DNA of 57,572 nt, counting the filler, from Clostridiaceae bacterium (GTDB lineage: Bacteria > Bacillota > Clostridia > CAYPLH01 > DUMO01): the NCBI GenBank assembly GCA_012839865.1. It is 5 parts of 5 records of this genome, joined end to end, with 100 filler letters (N's around TTAATTAATTAA, not from the genome) between each part and the next. Parts side by side here need not be neighbours in the genome. Positions count along the whole stretch, not along the records: positions 41,406 to 52,817 come from DUMO01000079.1; positions 52,918 to 57,572 come from DUMO01000084.1; 3 more parts are not named here. One strand, written 5' to 3'. Below, one piece after another: positions 49,592 through 57,572 of this stretch. The notes under the pieces are model-generated. The model saw nothing but the letters and a program-made list of their open reading frames with translations, ran no database searches and was not told the origin of the DNA. Within the stretch, counting starts at the first letter, position 1. Every line of letters begins with the position of its first letter. Position numbers and translations under genes: made by a program.

Positions 49592-49966
49592 ATTGTCCGA
49601 AAATGCAATCCTGAACTGTACTCAAACTGATGATCCCTGAAGAATTGGCCATAGTAACACCCAATCGGCTGGATGAGGGGCCGGTTCTGCTGCGAACTCA
49701 GTAAACATTTTACAACATCAGATAGAATAATGAATTCTTCTTAAAACTGAGTACATAAATAAATTGACACAGCTGCATCAAACCGTGTATATTTATAAAA
49801 ATAGTGTATCATGGTATGTTAATATTAGGAAATCCGGCGGGAATCCTCCGCATTTGAATGGAGAGATGAAAGCCGGGTTTCCTAAATTAAAAGAAATACG
49901 TTATCGGAAGATTAATTCAGACATTTACCATGCCGGAATTTTTCTCCATAAAGGGGATGTTTTCGA

Positions 49967-50578
49967 ATGATTGCTGTTGTTGATTATGGTGTGGGCAATT
50001 TGTTTTCACTTATGTCCAGCCTACGCTATTTAGGGCTTGACTGCATTGTTACAAATAAAAAGGAAGATCTGCTTAAGGCCGAAAAAATAATTCTTCCCGG
50101 TGTCGGCGCTTTTGGCGATGCCATGGAAAAGCTTAAAGAAACGGGACTGGTCGGCACAATAAAAGATTTGGCGGGAGTAAAGCCGCTTCTTGGTATTTGC
50201 CTGGGAATGCAGCTTTTGTTTGATAAAAGCTTTGAGCACGGTGAATATGAAGGTCTGGGGCTTATTTCAGGTTTGGTGGCACCCCTTGCGGCTGATATCA
50301 ACCCAACCCTGAAAGTTCCTCACATGGGTTGGAACAAGCTTGAAATTGTCAGGGATGACCCGATATTCAAGTACTTCACCAACTGTGAATGGGTTTACTA
50401 CGTTCACAGCTATTACGCCAAAAATTGTTCCAACGCCATACTGGGTGTTTCTGAATACGACGTCATGGTCACAGGGCTTGTACGCTCCCCCTCCGGTATG
50501 GTCTATGGGATGCAGTTCCATCCTGAAAAAAGCGGCAATGCTGGACTTCGCCTGCTTAAAGCTTTTTCAGAAATATAA
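49967..50578 (+). CDS. hisH: Imidazole glycerol phosphate synthase, glutaminase subunit
   Basis: DYGVGN, LPGVGAF, GICLGMQ, YYVHSY, QFHPEKS. Confidence 0.94.
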   Translation: MIAVVDYGVGNLFSLMSSLRYLGLDCIVTNKKEDLLKAEKIILPGVGAFGDAMEKLKETGLVGTIKDLAGVKPLLGICLGMQLLFDKSFEHGEYEGLGLISGLVAPLAADINPTLKVPHMGWNKLEIVRDDPIFKYFTNCEWVYYVHSYYAKNCSNAILGVSEYDVMVTGLVRSPSGMVYGMQFHPEKSGNAGLRLLKAFSEI

Positions 50579-50699
50579 GGGTAAATTGGACTTTTGGCAT
50601 ACTGCTTTTTGCAACACCCATTATTGATTTGAAGACTTTTTATGATAACTGATTGATAAAAAATCTTTTTCGATAAATAATTGGTTTGGAGGCACTTAT

Positions 50700-51455
50700 A
50701 TGATCAGCAAAAGAATAATACCGTGTCTTGATGTAATGAACGGAAGGGTTGTTAAAGGTGTAAACTTTAAAGATATCCGGGATATGGCGGACCCTGCGGA
50801 AATGGCACGCTACTATAGCGAAACAGGTGCCGATGAACTTGTCTTTTACGATATTACAGCAAGTTTTGAGGGCAGGAAGCTCTTCACCGGCGTTTTACGG
50901 GCAGTGGCTTCTGAAATTTTCATTCCCCTGACCGTTGGCGGAGGGATCAGTTCGCTGAACGATTTTGACACAGTATTAAAATGCGGGGCTGACAAGGTAA
51001 GCGTCAACAGTGGTGCAATAAAGGATCCTTCGTTGATTGGTGCTGCAGCAAAGCGCTATGGCAGCCAATGTGTGGTGCTGAGTATGGATGTTAAACGCGT
51101 AAATGGCAAGTTTCACGTTTTTGCCAACGGTGGCCGGACAGACACGGGAATTGATGCCCTGGAGTGGGCAAAAAGAGGAGAAGACCTTGGAGCCGGAGAG
51201 ATAGTGCTCAATTCCATAGACACCGATGGTGTACGCGAAGGCTTTGATCTTCCAATGCTCCGGGCAATTGGAGAAATAGTTTCAGTACCATTGATTGCCA
51301 GCGGAGGGGCAGGAAAAATGGAGGATTTCTGTAAACTGTTTAAATATGACAAGGTTGACGCCGGTCTTGCAGCAGGCGTATTTCATACAAAAAAGATAGA
51401 TATAGGGAACCTGAAGAGTTATCTCAGGGATTGCGGCGTGAATGTACGCTTATAA
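50700..51455 (+). CDS. hisF: Imidazole glycerol phosphate synthase, cyclase subunit
   Basis: [41 protein letters not shown]. Confidence 0.94.
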   Translation: MISKRIIPCLDVMNGRVVKGVNFKDIRDMADPAEMARYYSETGADELVFYDITASFEGRKLFTGVLRAVASEIFIPLTVGGGISSLNDFDTVLKCGADKVSVNSGAIKDPSLIGAAAKRYGSQCVVLSMDVKRVNGKFHVFANGGRTDTGIDALEWAKRGEDLGAGEIVLNSIDTDGVREGFDLPMLRAIGEIVSVPLIASGGAGKMEDFCKLFKYDKVDAGLAAGVFHTKKIDIGNLKSYLRDCGVNVRL

Positions 51456-51489
51456 CAGGTGCGCGCAATTCCCCGAAGCTTTTTTCATT

Positions 51490-52671
51490 TTAAATTAACA
51501 CTTTTCTTATTCTCTCCATGGCTTCAACTACATTGCCTTTGTTTCCAAAGGCAGTCAAACGGAAAAAACCTTCCCCGTTATCTCCAAAACCTGCTCCCGG
51601 AGTGCCTACTACACTGCACCTGTTTAAAAGAAAATCAAAAAACTCCCAGGATGACATATTGTTCGGGCATTTGAGCCAAATATACGGTGAATTTTTACCT
51701 CCTGTAAACCAAATACCAAGCTCATTCAGGGTATCAGCCATAATGCAGGCATTTTCAAGGTAATATCTGATTTGTTCTTTGACTTGCAGGAACCCAATTT
51801 CAGTAAAAACAGCCTCAGCGCCTCTCTGCACTATATACGGCACTCCGTTGAACTTGGTGGTTTGCCGCCTTAGCCAAAGTTTATTCAAAGGCACGTTGGT
51901 TCTGACAAGAGCTTGGGGAATAACCGTATAACCGCAACGCGTTCCGGTAAATCCTGCAGTTTTGGAAAAGGAGCAAAACTCGATAGCACATTTTTCGGCT
52001 CCAGGAATCTGATAAACGCTTGTTGGCAGGTTTTCGTCCCGGATATAGGCTTCATAGGCACTGTCAAACAAAATAACCGCCTGCCTTTCCAAAGCCCAGT
52101 CCACCCAAATTTTCAATTGCTCTTTAGTGTAAACTGCACCGGTTGGATTATTGGGCGAACAAATATAGACAATATCACCTTTGGTTTTTTCATCAGGCAG
52201 GGGAAGAAAATTATTCTCTACACTCCCGTTAATGAAAATGATTTTCCGGCCGGCCATAATGTTTGTATCCACATACACCGGATAAACCGGGTCCGGAATA
52301 ATAACCGTGTTATCGGCATCAAAAATATCCAGGATGTTGCCAAGATCGCTTTTAGCTCCGTCACTGATGAACACTTCACTTTTGTCAAGCATTACACCTT
52401 TGCGGGCATAATAATCGCATACAGCCTGTCTTAAAAAACTGTATCCCTGCTCTTCCCCATATCCCTTAAAGGTGTGCGGGCTTCCCATTTCCGAAACAGC
52501 ATTGTGCATTGCCCCCAAGACTGCCGGGACAAGAGGCAGTGTGACATCTCCTATTCCAAGCCTGATAACATTTTTTTCAGGGTTTTGCTGTTTGTAATCA
52601 TTAACCTTTTTTGCAATTAACGAAAAAAGGTAGCTTTCTTTCAGATTCAAATAATTATGGTTTATTTTCAT
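51490..52671 (-). CDS. dapL: LL-diaminopimelate aminotransferase
   Basis: LGIGDVT, GYGEEQG, SDGAKSD, CSPNNPTG, SFSKTAGFTGTRCG. Confidence 0.94.
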   Translation of the reverse strand: MKINHNYLNLKESYLFSLIAKKVNDYKQQNPEKNVIRLGIGDVTLPLVPAVLGAMHNAVSEMGSPHTFKGYGEEQGYSFLRQAVCDYYARKGVMLDKSEVFISDGAKSDLGNILDIFDADNTVIIPDPVYPVYVDTNIMAGRKIIFINGSVENNFLPLPDEKTKGDIVYICSPNNPTGAVYTKEQLKIWVDWALERQAVILFDSAYEAYIRDENLPTSVYQIPGAEKCAIEFCSFSKTAGFTGTRCGYTVIPQALVRTNVPLNKLWLRRQTTKFNGVPYIVQRGAEAVFTEIGFLQVKEQIRYYLENACIMADTLNELGIWFTGGKNSPYIWLKCPNNMSSWEFFDFLLNRCSVVGTPGAGFGDNGEGFFRLTAFGNKGNVVEAMERIRKVLI

Positions 52672-52690
52672 AATTCATACCTCGCAGCAT

Positions 52691-52817
52691 GTGAACTACA
52701 TCGCCATTGAAATGGCGAGCTTCGAGCTCTCAACGAAACAATGACTGTTCCATCGGTACGCTTCCGGGGTGTCCAACCCCTCTACTGCTGGAATGGTTTT
52801 GTGGCCATTCCTACACA
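52691..52817 (-). mobile_element. IS200/IS605-family right end, copy 2
   Basis: Base-for-base identical to 41179-41305 with a different flank. The contig breaks at the same base. Confidence 0.75.
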
Positions 52818-52917
52818 NNNNNNNNNNNNNNNNNNNNNNNNNNNNNNNNNNNNNNNNNNNNTTAATTAATTAANNNNNNNNNNNNNNNNNNNNNNNNNNN
52901 NNNNNNNNNNNNNNNNN
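52818..52917. other. Artificial contig spacer
   Basis: 44 N + TTAATTAATTAA + 44 N. Confidence 0.97.
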
Positions 52918-52919
52918 AA

Positions 52920-53765
52920 TTAGTTGTTATAGATATGGACAGGACTCTTCTTGACGACAACAAGAGTATTCCTGAATACAATATAAAGGTATTGAGAATT
53001 CTTCACCAGATGGGTATAAAAATTATTATTGCAACAGGAAGAAGGTACTTTTTCGCCAAGCCTGCCCTTGAAACATTGCAGATCCCTCTGGTGGTCCTGG
53101 CCAACAACGGCAATAGCGTCTGGATAATGAACCAGGATATTAAAATATCTGCAAAATATCTTTCAGTCGAAGTTTTCCACGAAATTCTCAAAGAAGGGCA
53201 TAAACGAGGACTATACCCTGTGCTCCACGTTGACCACTATGAAAAAGGCTGTGATTTAATAACCGAATACCAGTACACACATCCTGCATACAACTCTTAT
53301 GTCACACCGGGCAGCAGCAGGCATAAAGTAGTTGAAAATTTATTTGAAATAACCGAACCTAATGTTATGGTAATGTGCTATGCAGCACCTACAGACATTT
53401 TAAAAAATTTTCAGGATTATATCCGGCAAAATTTCCATGACAGCACTCAATCCCATATAACATATTCCCTGACAAGAGTAGGGGCAATGCTTGAAATCAG
53501 CCATATAAGCGGGACTAAATGGCAGACTGCCCTCGAGTACGCAAACAGTGTGGGAATAGAAAGATCCGAAATCATTGCCATTGGAGATGACAGCAATGAT
53601 CTTAATATGATTGAAAATGCAGGTCTTGGAGTTGCCATGAAGAATGCAATGCCGCATGTGAAGGAAGCGGCAAAAATAATAACCGGTCATGACAACAACA
53701 ATGCCGGCGTAGCACATGTACTTGCCGGCATATTCGGAATCGACAGTAAGGATTTAAACTTATGA
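52920..53765 (+). CDS. Cof-type HAD-IIB hydrolase, first few codons cut by the gap
   Basis: LVVIDMDRT, IATGR, NNG, GTKW, IAIGDDSNDLNM..GVAMKNA. Confidence 0.88.
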   Translation, partial: LVVIDMDRTLLDDNKSIPEYNIKVLRILHQMGIKIIIATGRRYFFAKPALETLQIPLVVLANNGNSVWIMNQDIKISAKYLSVEVFHEILKEGHKRGLYPVLHVDHYEKGCDLITEYQYTHPAYNSYVTPGSSRHKVVENLFEITEPNVMVMCYAAPTDILKNFQDYIRQNFHDSTQSHITYSLTRVGAMLEISHISGTKWQTALEYANSVGIERSEIIAIGDDSNDLNMIENAGLGVAMKNAMPHVKEAAKIITGHDNNNAGVAHVLAGIFGIDSKDLNL

Positions 53766-53914
53766 GTCTGTTGGTATATCCTGAATTCAGGGAATATCCT
53801 CTATTTCATTACAGAGGATTTATGCTTCAATATCTGAATCAATTTTTTAAAGAAGGTGACCTGTTTTCTATCGCCCTTTTGATTTCGGGTTAAATATCAA
53901 ACAGAAATTTCAAT

Positions 53915-54268
53915 TTATCGCCTTAATGACTTTGGCTTGCCAAGTATCTCAGAAAAAATAACCCCTTGGATCAAGCTATTCTTGCTAAAGTTCAAAATAC
54001 TATCAAGAGCTTCTTCTTCCTTCGGTTTTGCCGAAATTGTCCTTTCAGCCATTGCAGGCGTTGCACCTTCCACCCTTGCAGATATTGGCTTCTTAGCTTC
54101 ATTTATTGTCCTGGCTCCAGATTTGCCTTCAGCAGCAATATCATAATTAACGGTTACCCTGTTTGATTTATTATTGACATCCGGTGTTTTTCTTCCAGAG
54201 CTTCCTGCAATGCTTTTATTAATATTAAAATTATAATAAAAATTGTTTTTCAACCGTATCCCTTCCAT
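53915..54268 (-). CDS. Hypothetical protein downstream of floA (YqfB-like position)
   Basis: C-terminal LIQGVIFSEILGKPKSLRR; position after floA. Confidence 0.6.
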   Translation of the reverse strand: MEGIRLKNNFYYNFNINKSIAGSSGRKTPDVNNKSNRVTVNYDIAAEGKSGARTINEAKKPISARVEGATPAMAERTISAKPKEEEALDSILNFSKNSLIQGVIFSEILGKPKSLRR

Positions 54269-54366
54269 TCGAAAAATTTAAAGCATTATCATTCTATTTA
54301 TCAGCAGTCTGTCCGACAGGCGGCAAATTTTATTTCTTAGGCTCCTGGCGCAATAAAGCGAGTTTT

Positions 54367-55272
54367 TCAAGCTTTGGCATTTGCTAAACCAATATTGCCG
54401 CTTTTTAATGCTGCTGCCATTGCAAGGGGCACTTCTGCCTCCGCTTCAACCACCTTGGCACGCATTTCCTGGACCATGGCAATCATCTCCTGCTCCTTTG
54501 CCACAGCCATGGCTCTTCTTTCTTCTGCTTTAGCCTGCGCTATGTTTTTATCCGCTTCAGCCTGGTCAATCTGCAGCAGTGCACCCAGGTTTCTGCCCAC
54601 ATCCACATCGGCAATATCAATTGATAAAATCTCAAATGCTGTTCCTGCATCCAGACCTTTTTGCAGAACGGTTTTTGAAATAAGGTCAGGATTTTCCAGA
54701 ACATCCTTGTAACTCTCTGCAGAACCTACCGTGGTTACAATACCTTCACCTACACGGGCAATAATCGTTTGCTCACCTGCCCCGCCGACCAAACGGTCTA
54801 TATTTGCCCTTACTGTAACCCTTGTGATTGATTTCAGCTCAATTCCGTCCTTGGCTATGGCAGATATCAGCGGAGTTTCTATTACTTTTGGATTTACGCT
54901 CATTTGCACTGCTTCAAGAACATCTCTTCCCGCAAGGTCTATGGCTGCAGCCCTCTCAAAATTCAGGGAAATATCTGCTCTCTGGGCAGCTATTAAGGCA
55001 TTTACCACCTTGTCTACATTTCCGCCAGCAAGGTAATGAGCTTCAAGCTTGTTTATGGGGAGGTCCAACCCTGCTTTTGTAGCCTTTATCAAAGGCATTA
55101 TAATTCTCCTTGGCACTACTCTTCTAAGCCGCATGCCGACAAGGGTTGCAACGCTGACTCTCACTCCTGCGGCAAGGGCGGAAATCCAAAGACCGACAGG
55201 CACAAAAGAAAAGATTATGGAAAAAAACAATACAATAATACCAATAACAATGACAAAGATTAGAGGATCCAT
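54367..55272 (-). CDS. floA: Flotillin-like protein FloA (YqfA), apparently C-terminally truncated
   Basis: [43 protein letters not shown]. Ends [10 protein letters not shown] at 301 aa. Confidence 0.9.
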   Translation of the reverse strand: MDPLIFVIVIGIIVLFFSIIFSFVPVGLWISALAAGVRVSVATLVGMRLRRVVPRRIIMPLIKATKAGLDLPINKLEAHYLAGGNVDKVVNALIAAQRADISLNFERAAAIDLAGRDVLEAVQMSVNPKVIETPLISAIAKDGIELKSITRVTVRANIDRLVGGAGEQTIIARVGEGIVTTVGSAESYKDVLENPDLISKTVLQKGLDAGTAFEILSIDIADVDVGRNLGALLQIDQAEADKNIAQAKAEERRAMAVAKEQEMIAMVQEMRAKVVEAEAEVPLAMAAALKSGNIGLANAKA

Positions 55273-55470
55273 TATAATACTCCTCTCCAGATATTCTTGT
55301 TAATTCAGTCAATACCGCAGTACTCAGAATTTGCAAACAAGTAAATACAAACAATCTTTCATAATTAATATTATTACGAAAAAACAAGTTTACAAAGTAG
55401 TTCCGGTTATAAAATACAGCATGCTGTCTTAAACGTCACAATAGATGGTTAAAACAACTTGCAAGCTTCA

Positions 55471-56061
55471 TTATTCCAGTTCATCAAGGGTCAGGCAATA
55501 GCTTGGGATGAAATTCTCCATAAAATAAGCAACTTCAGGCAAATCAATTTCCCTTATTGTTTTTAGTATTGCTTCCCCGGCTTTTTTGAATTCGTTATTC
55601 CCTGCCTTGATTTCTTCAAGGCATTTTATATAAGCAGCTATGCGATCGGCTGCCTTAACTATCCTTTTATATTCATATTCTCCTTCACTTTGAAAAAGAA
55701 TCGATTCATAACTGTCCACAAGCTCATCAGGCAGCATGGAAAGGAGCTTCCTCTTTGAAACTTCTTCTACGTTTTTGTACGCCTTGCTGATTTCAGGGTT
55801 GTGGTATTTTATAGGGGTCGGCATGTCTCCTGTAATTATTTCGTTGCAATCGTGGTACATTGCAAGGACCGCAACCCTTCCTTCATTGATATTGCCGCCA
55901 TACATCTTGTTTCTGATAACAGCTAGGGCATGGGCAATAATGGCTACGTTTAAGCTATGTTCCTGGATATTTTCAGGAAAAGTATTGCGCATTAAACCCC
56001 AACGGGTAATGTACTTCATCCTGGATAAAAATGCGAAAAAATGATATTTTTTATTTTTCAA
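55471..56061 (-). CDS. yfbR: 5'-deoxynucleotidase (HD domain)
   Basis: RMKYITRWGLMRN, EHSLNVA, YHDCNEIITGDMPTPIK, KAADRIAAYIKC. Confidence 0.92.
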   Translation of the reverse strand: MKNKKYHFFAFLSRMKYITRWGLMRNTFPENIQEHSLNVAIIAHALAVIRNKMYGGNINEGRVAVLAMYHDCNEIITGDMPTPIKYHNPEISKAYKNVEEVSKRKLLSMLPDELVDSYESILFQSEGEYEYKRIVKAADRIAAYIKCLEEIKAGNNEFKKAGEAILKTIREIDLPEVAYFMENFIPSYCLTLDELE

Positions 56062-56086
56062 GAATTAACCCCCTCAACCGGTTTTG

Positions 56087-57229
56087 CTACATCCAGTATA
56101 TCTCTTCAAAGCACTTCATCGCAAAGTTATCTGTCATGCCTGCAATGAAATCAACTACTTTCTGCTCGGCAGGCTCATCCTTATCGTATCCCACATTCTC
56201 CATGAAACGGTAAAACTGCCTGTATACATTCAAGCTGCTTGACTTGAGCTTATCAACATCCTCACAGACTTCAATAAGGTTAAGAAACAATCCTTCAATA
56301 ACATTCTCAGCATTTTTTTCATATCTCTTTATTTTGTCCGTCCGGTAAATGAGTCTTACATTTTCACTAATAAGCTGCTCAAGGGCTTCTCCCTTCTCCC
56401 TGCTCAATTTGATGTAATCTTTGCCGTAGCTGTTTTCAATGATATCACATACAAGAGTATTAATAATCTGGCCGTTTGTATAACCCAGTTCGTCTAAAAT
56501 GCTTTTTGGAATGTCATCAAAATCCATAAGATTTACTCTCACAGCATCCTCAATATCCCTGCCCACATACGCAATTTTGTCCACAAGGCGCACAAGGCAT
56601 GCTTCAAGTGTATATGGATTCTGCAGATATGACGGTGTAGTAGCAAGGCTTGAGGGATCTTTGGAAGTATCTCTCTCCAGGTAGCATTCGCCGTATTTTT
56701 CACCACAGTGGCTGACAATTCCGTCCCGTACTTCAAAAGTCAGGTTTAGCCCGCGTTTTTCACTATTTTCCTTTGAAATGCGGGTAGCCAGCCTGTCCAC
56801 CACCCGAAGACCATGGTCTTCATGCTGGAAAAAAGCCTTCGGATCTTTCTTTTTCAGACAACGGTCAAGAACTCTTTCTCCGCTATGCCCAAAGGGTGCA
56901 TGCCCGAGGTCATGGCCCAGGGCAATCGCATTGGTAAGATCCTGATTAAGGTTAAGAGTTCTTGCAATGGTCCTTGATATTGAAGCAACATAGAGCACAT
57001 GCTCCATCCGGGTACAGATATGGTCGTTTTTCGCATTGAAAAACACCTGGGTTTTATGCCTGAGCCTTCTGAACTCCATTGAATAAAGAATCCTGTCGGC
57101 ATCTCTCTCGTAATCGGTCCTTACCGGACACTTATTATCTTCAACCATACGCCCAAGAGAATTGATGCTTTTAGCTGCAAAAGGACTTAGCGAAAGCTCC
57201 TGCTTTTCTCTTATTCCCCTCCAAATCAT
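56087..57229 (-). CDS. dgt: dGTP triphosphohydrolase-like protein (short HD type)
   Basis: RTDYERDADRI, RRLRHKTQV, TRMEH, GHDLGHAPFGHSGE, DFIAGMTD. Confidence 0.9.
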   Translation of the reverse strand: MIWRGIREKQELSLSPFAAKSINSLGRMVEDNKCPVRTDYERDADRILYSMEFRRLRHKTQVFFNAKNDHICTRMEHVLYVASISRTIARTLNLNQDLTNAIALGHDLGHAPFGHSGERVLDRCLKKKDPKAFFQHEDHGLRVVDRLATRISKENSEKRGLNLTFEVRDGIVSHCGEKYGECYLERDTSKDPSSLATTPSYLQNPYTLEACLVRLVDKIAYVGRDIEDAVRVNLMDFDDIPKSILDELGYTNGQIINTLVCDIIENSYGKDYIKLSREKGEALEQLISENVRLIYRTDKIKRYEKNAENVIEGLFLNLIEVCEDVDKLKSSSLNVYRQFYRFMENVGYDKDEPAEQKVVDFIAGMTDNFAMKCFEEIYWM

Positions 57230-57448
57230 CAGAACAGCTCCTTTATATTAGAATAAGTCAAAAATGTTGCTTCATTTATACACACATTATAACATATCAA
57301 GGAAGAGAGCTTCAATCAAAGCACACAGGTGCAGGGGGGTTTTGCAAATATTACAATAAACTAATTTAGGAAAAATGACTTTTCAAAATTGGACCCTCAA
57401 TTTAAAGGATACAATTAGGTGCAACAATTACAATTTTTTTCATCCCCC

Positions 57449-57571
57449 CTACCACTCCCTGTTGAATTTAAGGTCATCCAGGGCTGTCTGGCTGAGGTTG
57501 TACCAAAAAACTTCCCCGTGGTTCCTTCCTTTACCTGCAAGGTCCAACTGTGACGGCCTGTTTGCACCATA
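57449..57571 (-). CDS. C-terminal 40 codons of an unidentified gene entering from the window edge
   Basis: Open frame YGANRPSQLDLAGKGRNHGEVFWYNLSQTALDDLKFNREW, followed by an RBS-like GGGGG and the mini-ORF MKKIVIVAPNCIL. Confidence 0.4.
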   Translation of the reverse strand, partial: YGANRPSQLDLAGKGRNHGEVFWYNLSQTALDDLKFNREW

Positions 57572-57572
57572 A

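Noticed and set aside
878..57102. Numerous ORF-track entries antisense to or nested in well-supported genes
   Set aside because: Shadow ORFs with no RBS or motifs, fully overlapping confident housekeeping genes.
55471..57229. Tandem dGTPase and YfbR as an anti-phage nucleotide-depletion system
   Set aside because: Both look like the ordinary short housekeeping HD hydrolases of Clostridia, in a non-mobile context.

Overview
The window is not one continuous locus. It is five contigs joined by four identical 100-bp artificial spacers (44 N + TTAATTAATTAA + 44 N), so adjacency across the spacers means nothing. Gene content points to a low-GC anaerobic Firmicute (Clostridia, Acetivibrionaceae/Ruminiclostridium-like; inference). 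Contig 1 holds a polyamine operon (speA-speE-speB-CASDH-nspC) with a REP-like palindromic insert. It also holds a >1,180-codon gene for an acidic helical protein built from 31-aa repeats nested in a 206-aa super-repeat, split by two frameshifts. Contig 2 holds vWA, DUF6054, metA, a metI remnant and two carbohydrate-protein gene halves fused head-to-head. Contig 3 holds an intact housekeeping run (ssb, apbE-eetA-eetB-like, priA-def-fmt-rsmB-rlmN-stp-pknB-rsgA-rpe-thiN, aminotransferase, rqcH, ylxP) and tRNA-Ala(GGC). A decayed accessory region follows, with a convergently transcribed cloverleaf sRNA candidate, a second structured leader, a WYL regulator and an IS200/IS605 right end. Contig 4 holds glmS with an attenuator-like leader, a PflX-like radical SAM gene, pcm, an MCP, DinB, hisH-hisF, dapL and a second identical IS right end. 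Contig 5 holds a Cof HAD, a truncated floA, yfbR and a dGTPase. The best candidates for something new are the hierarchical repeat protein, the sense/antisense RNA module at 39.3-39.8 kb, the back-to-back junction at 15.3 kb and the glmS attenuator. All calls come from reading the sequence; no searches were run.
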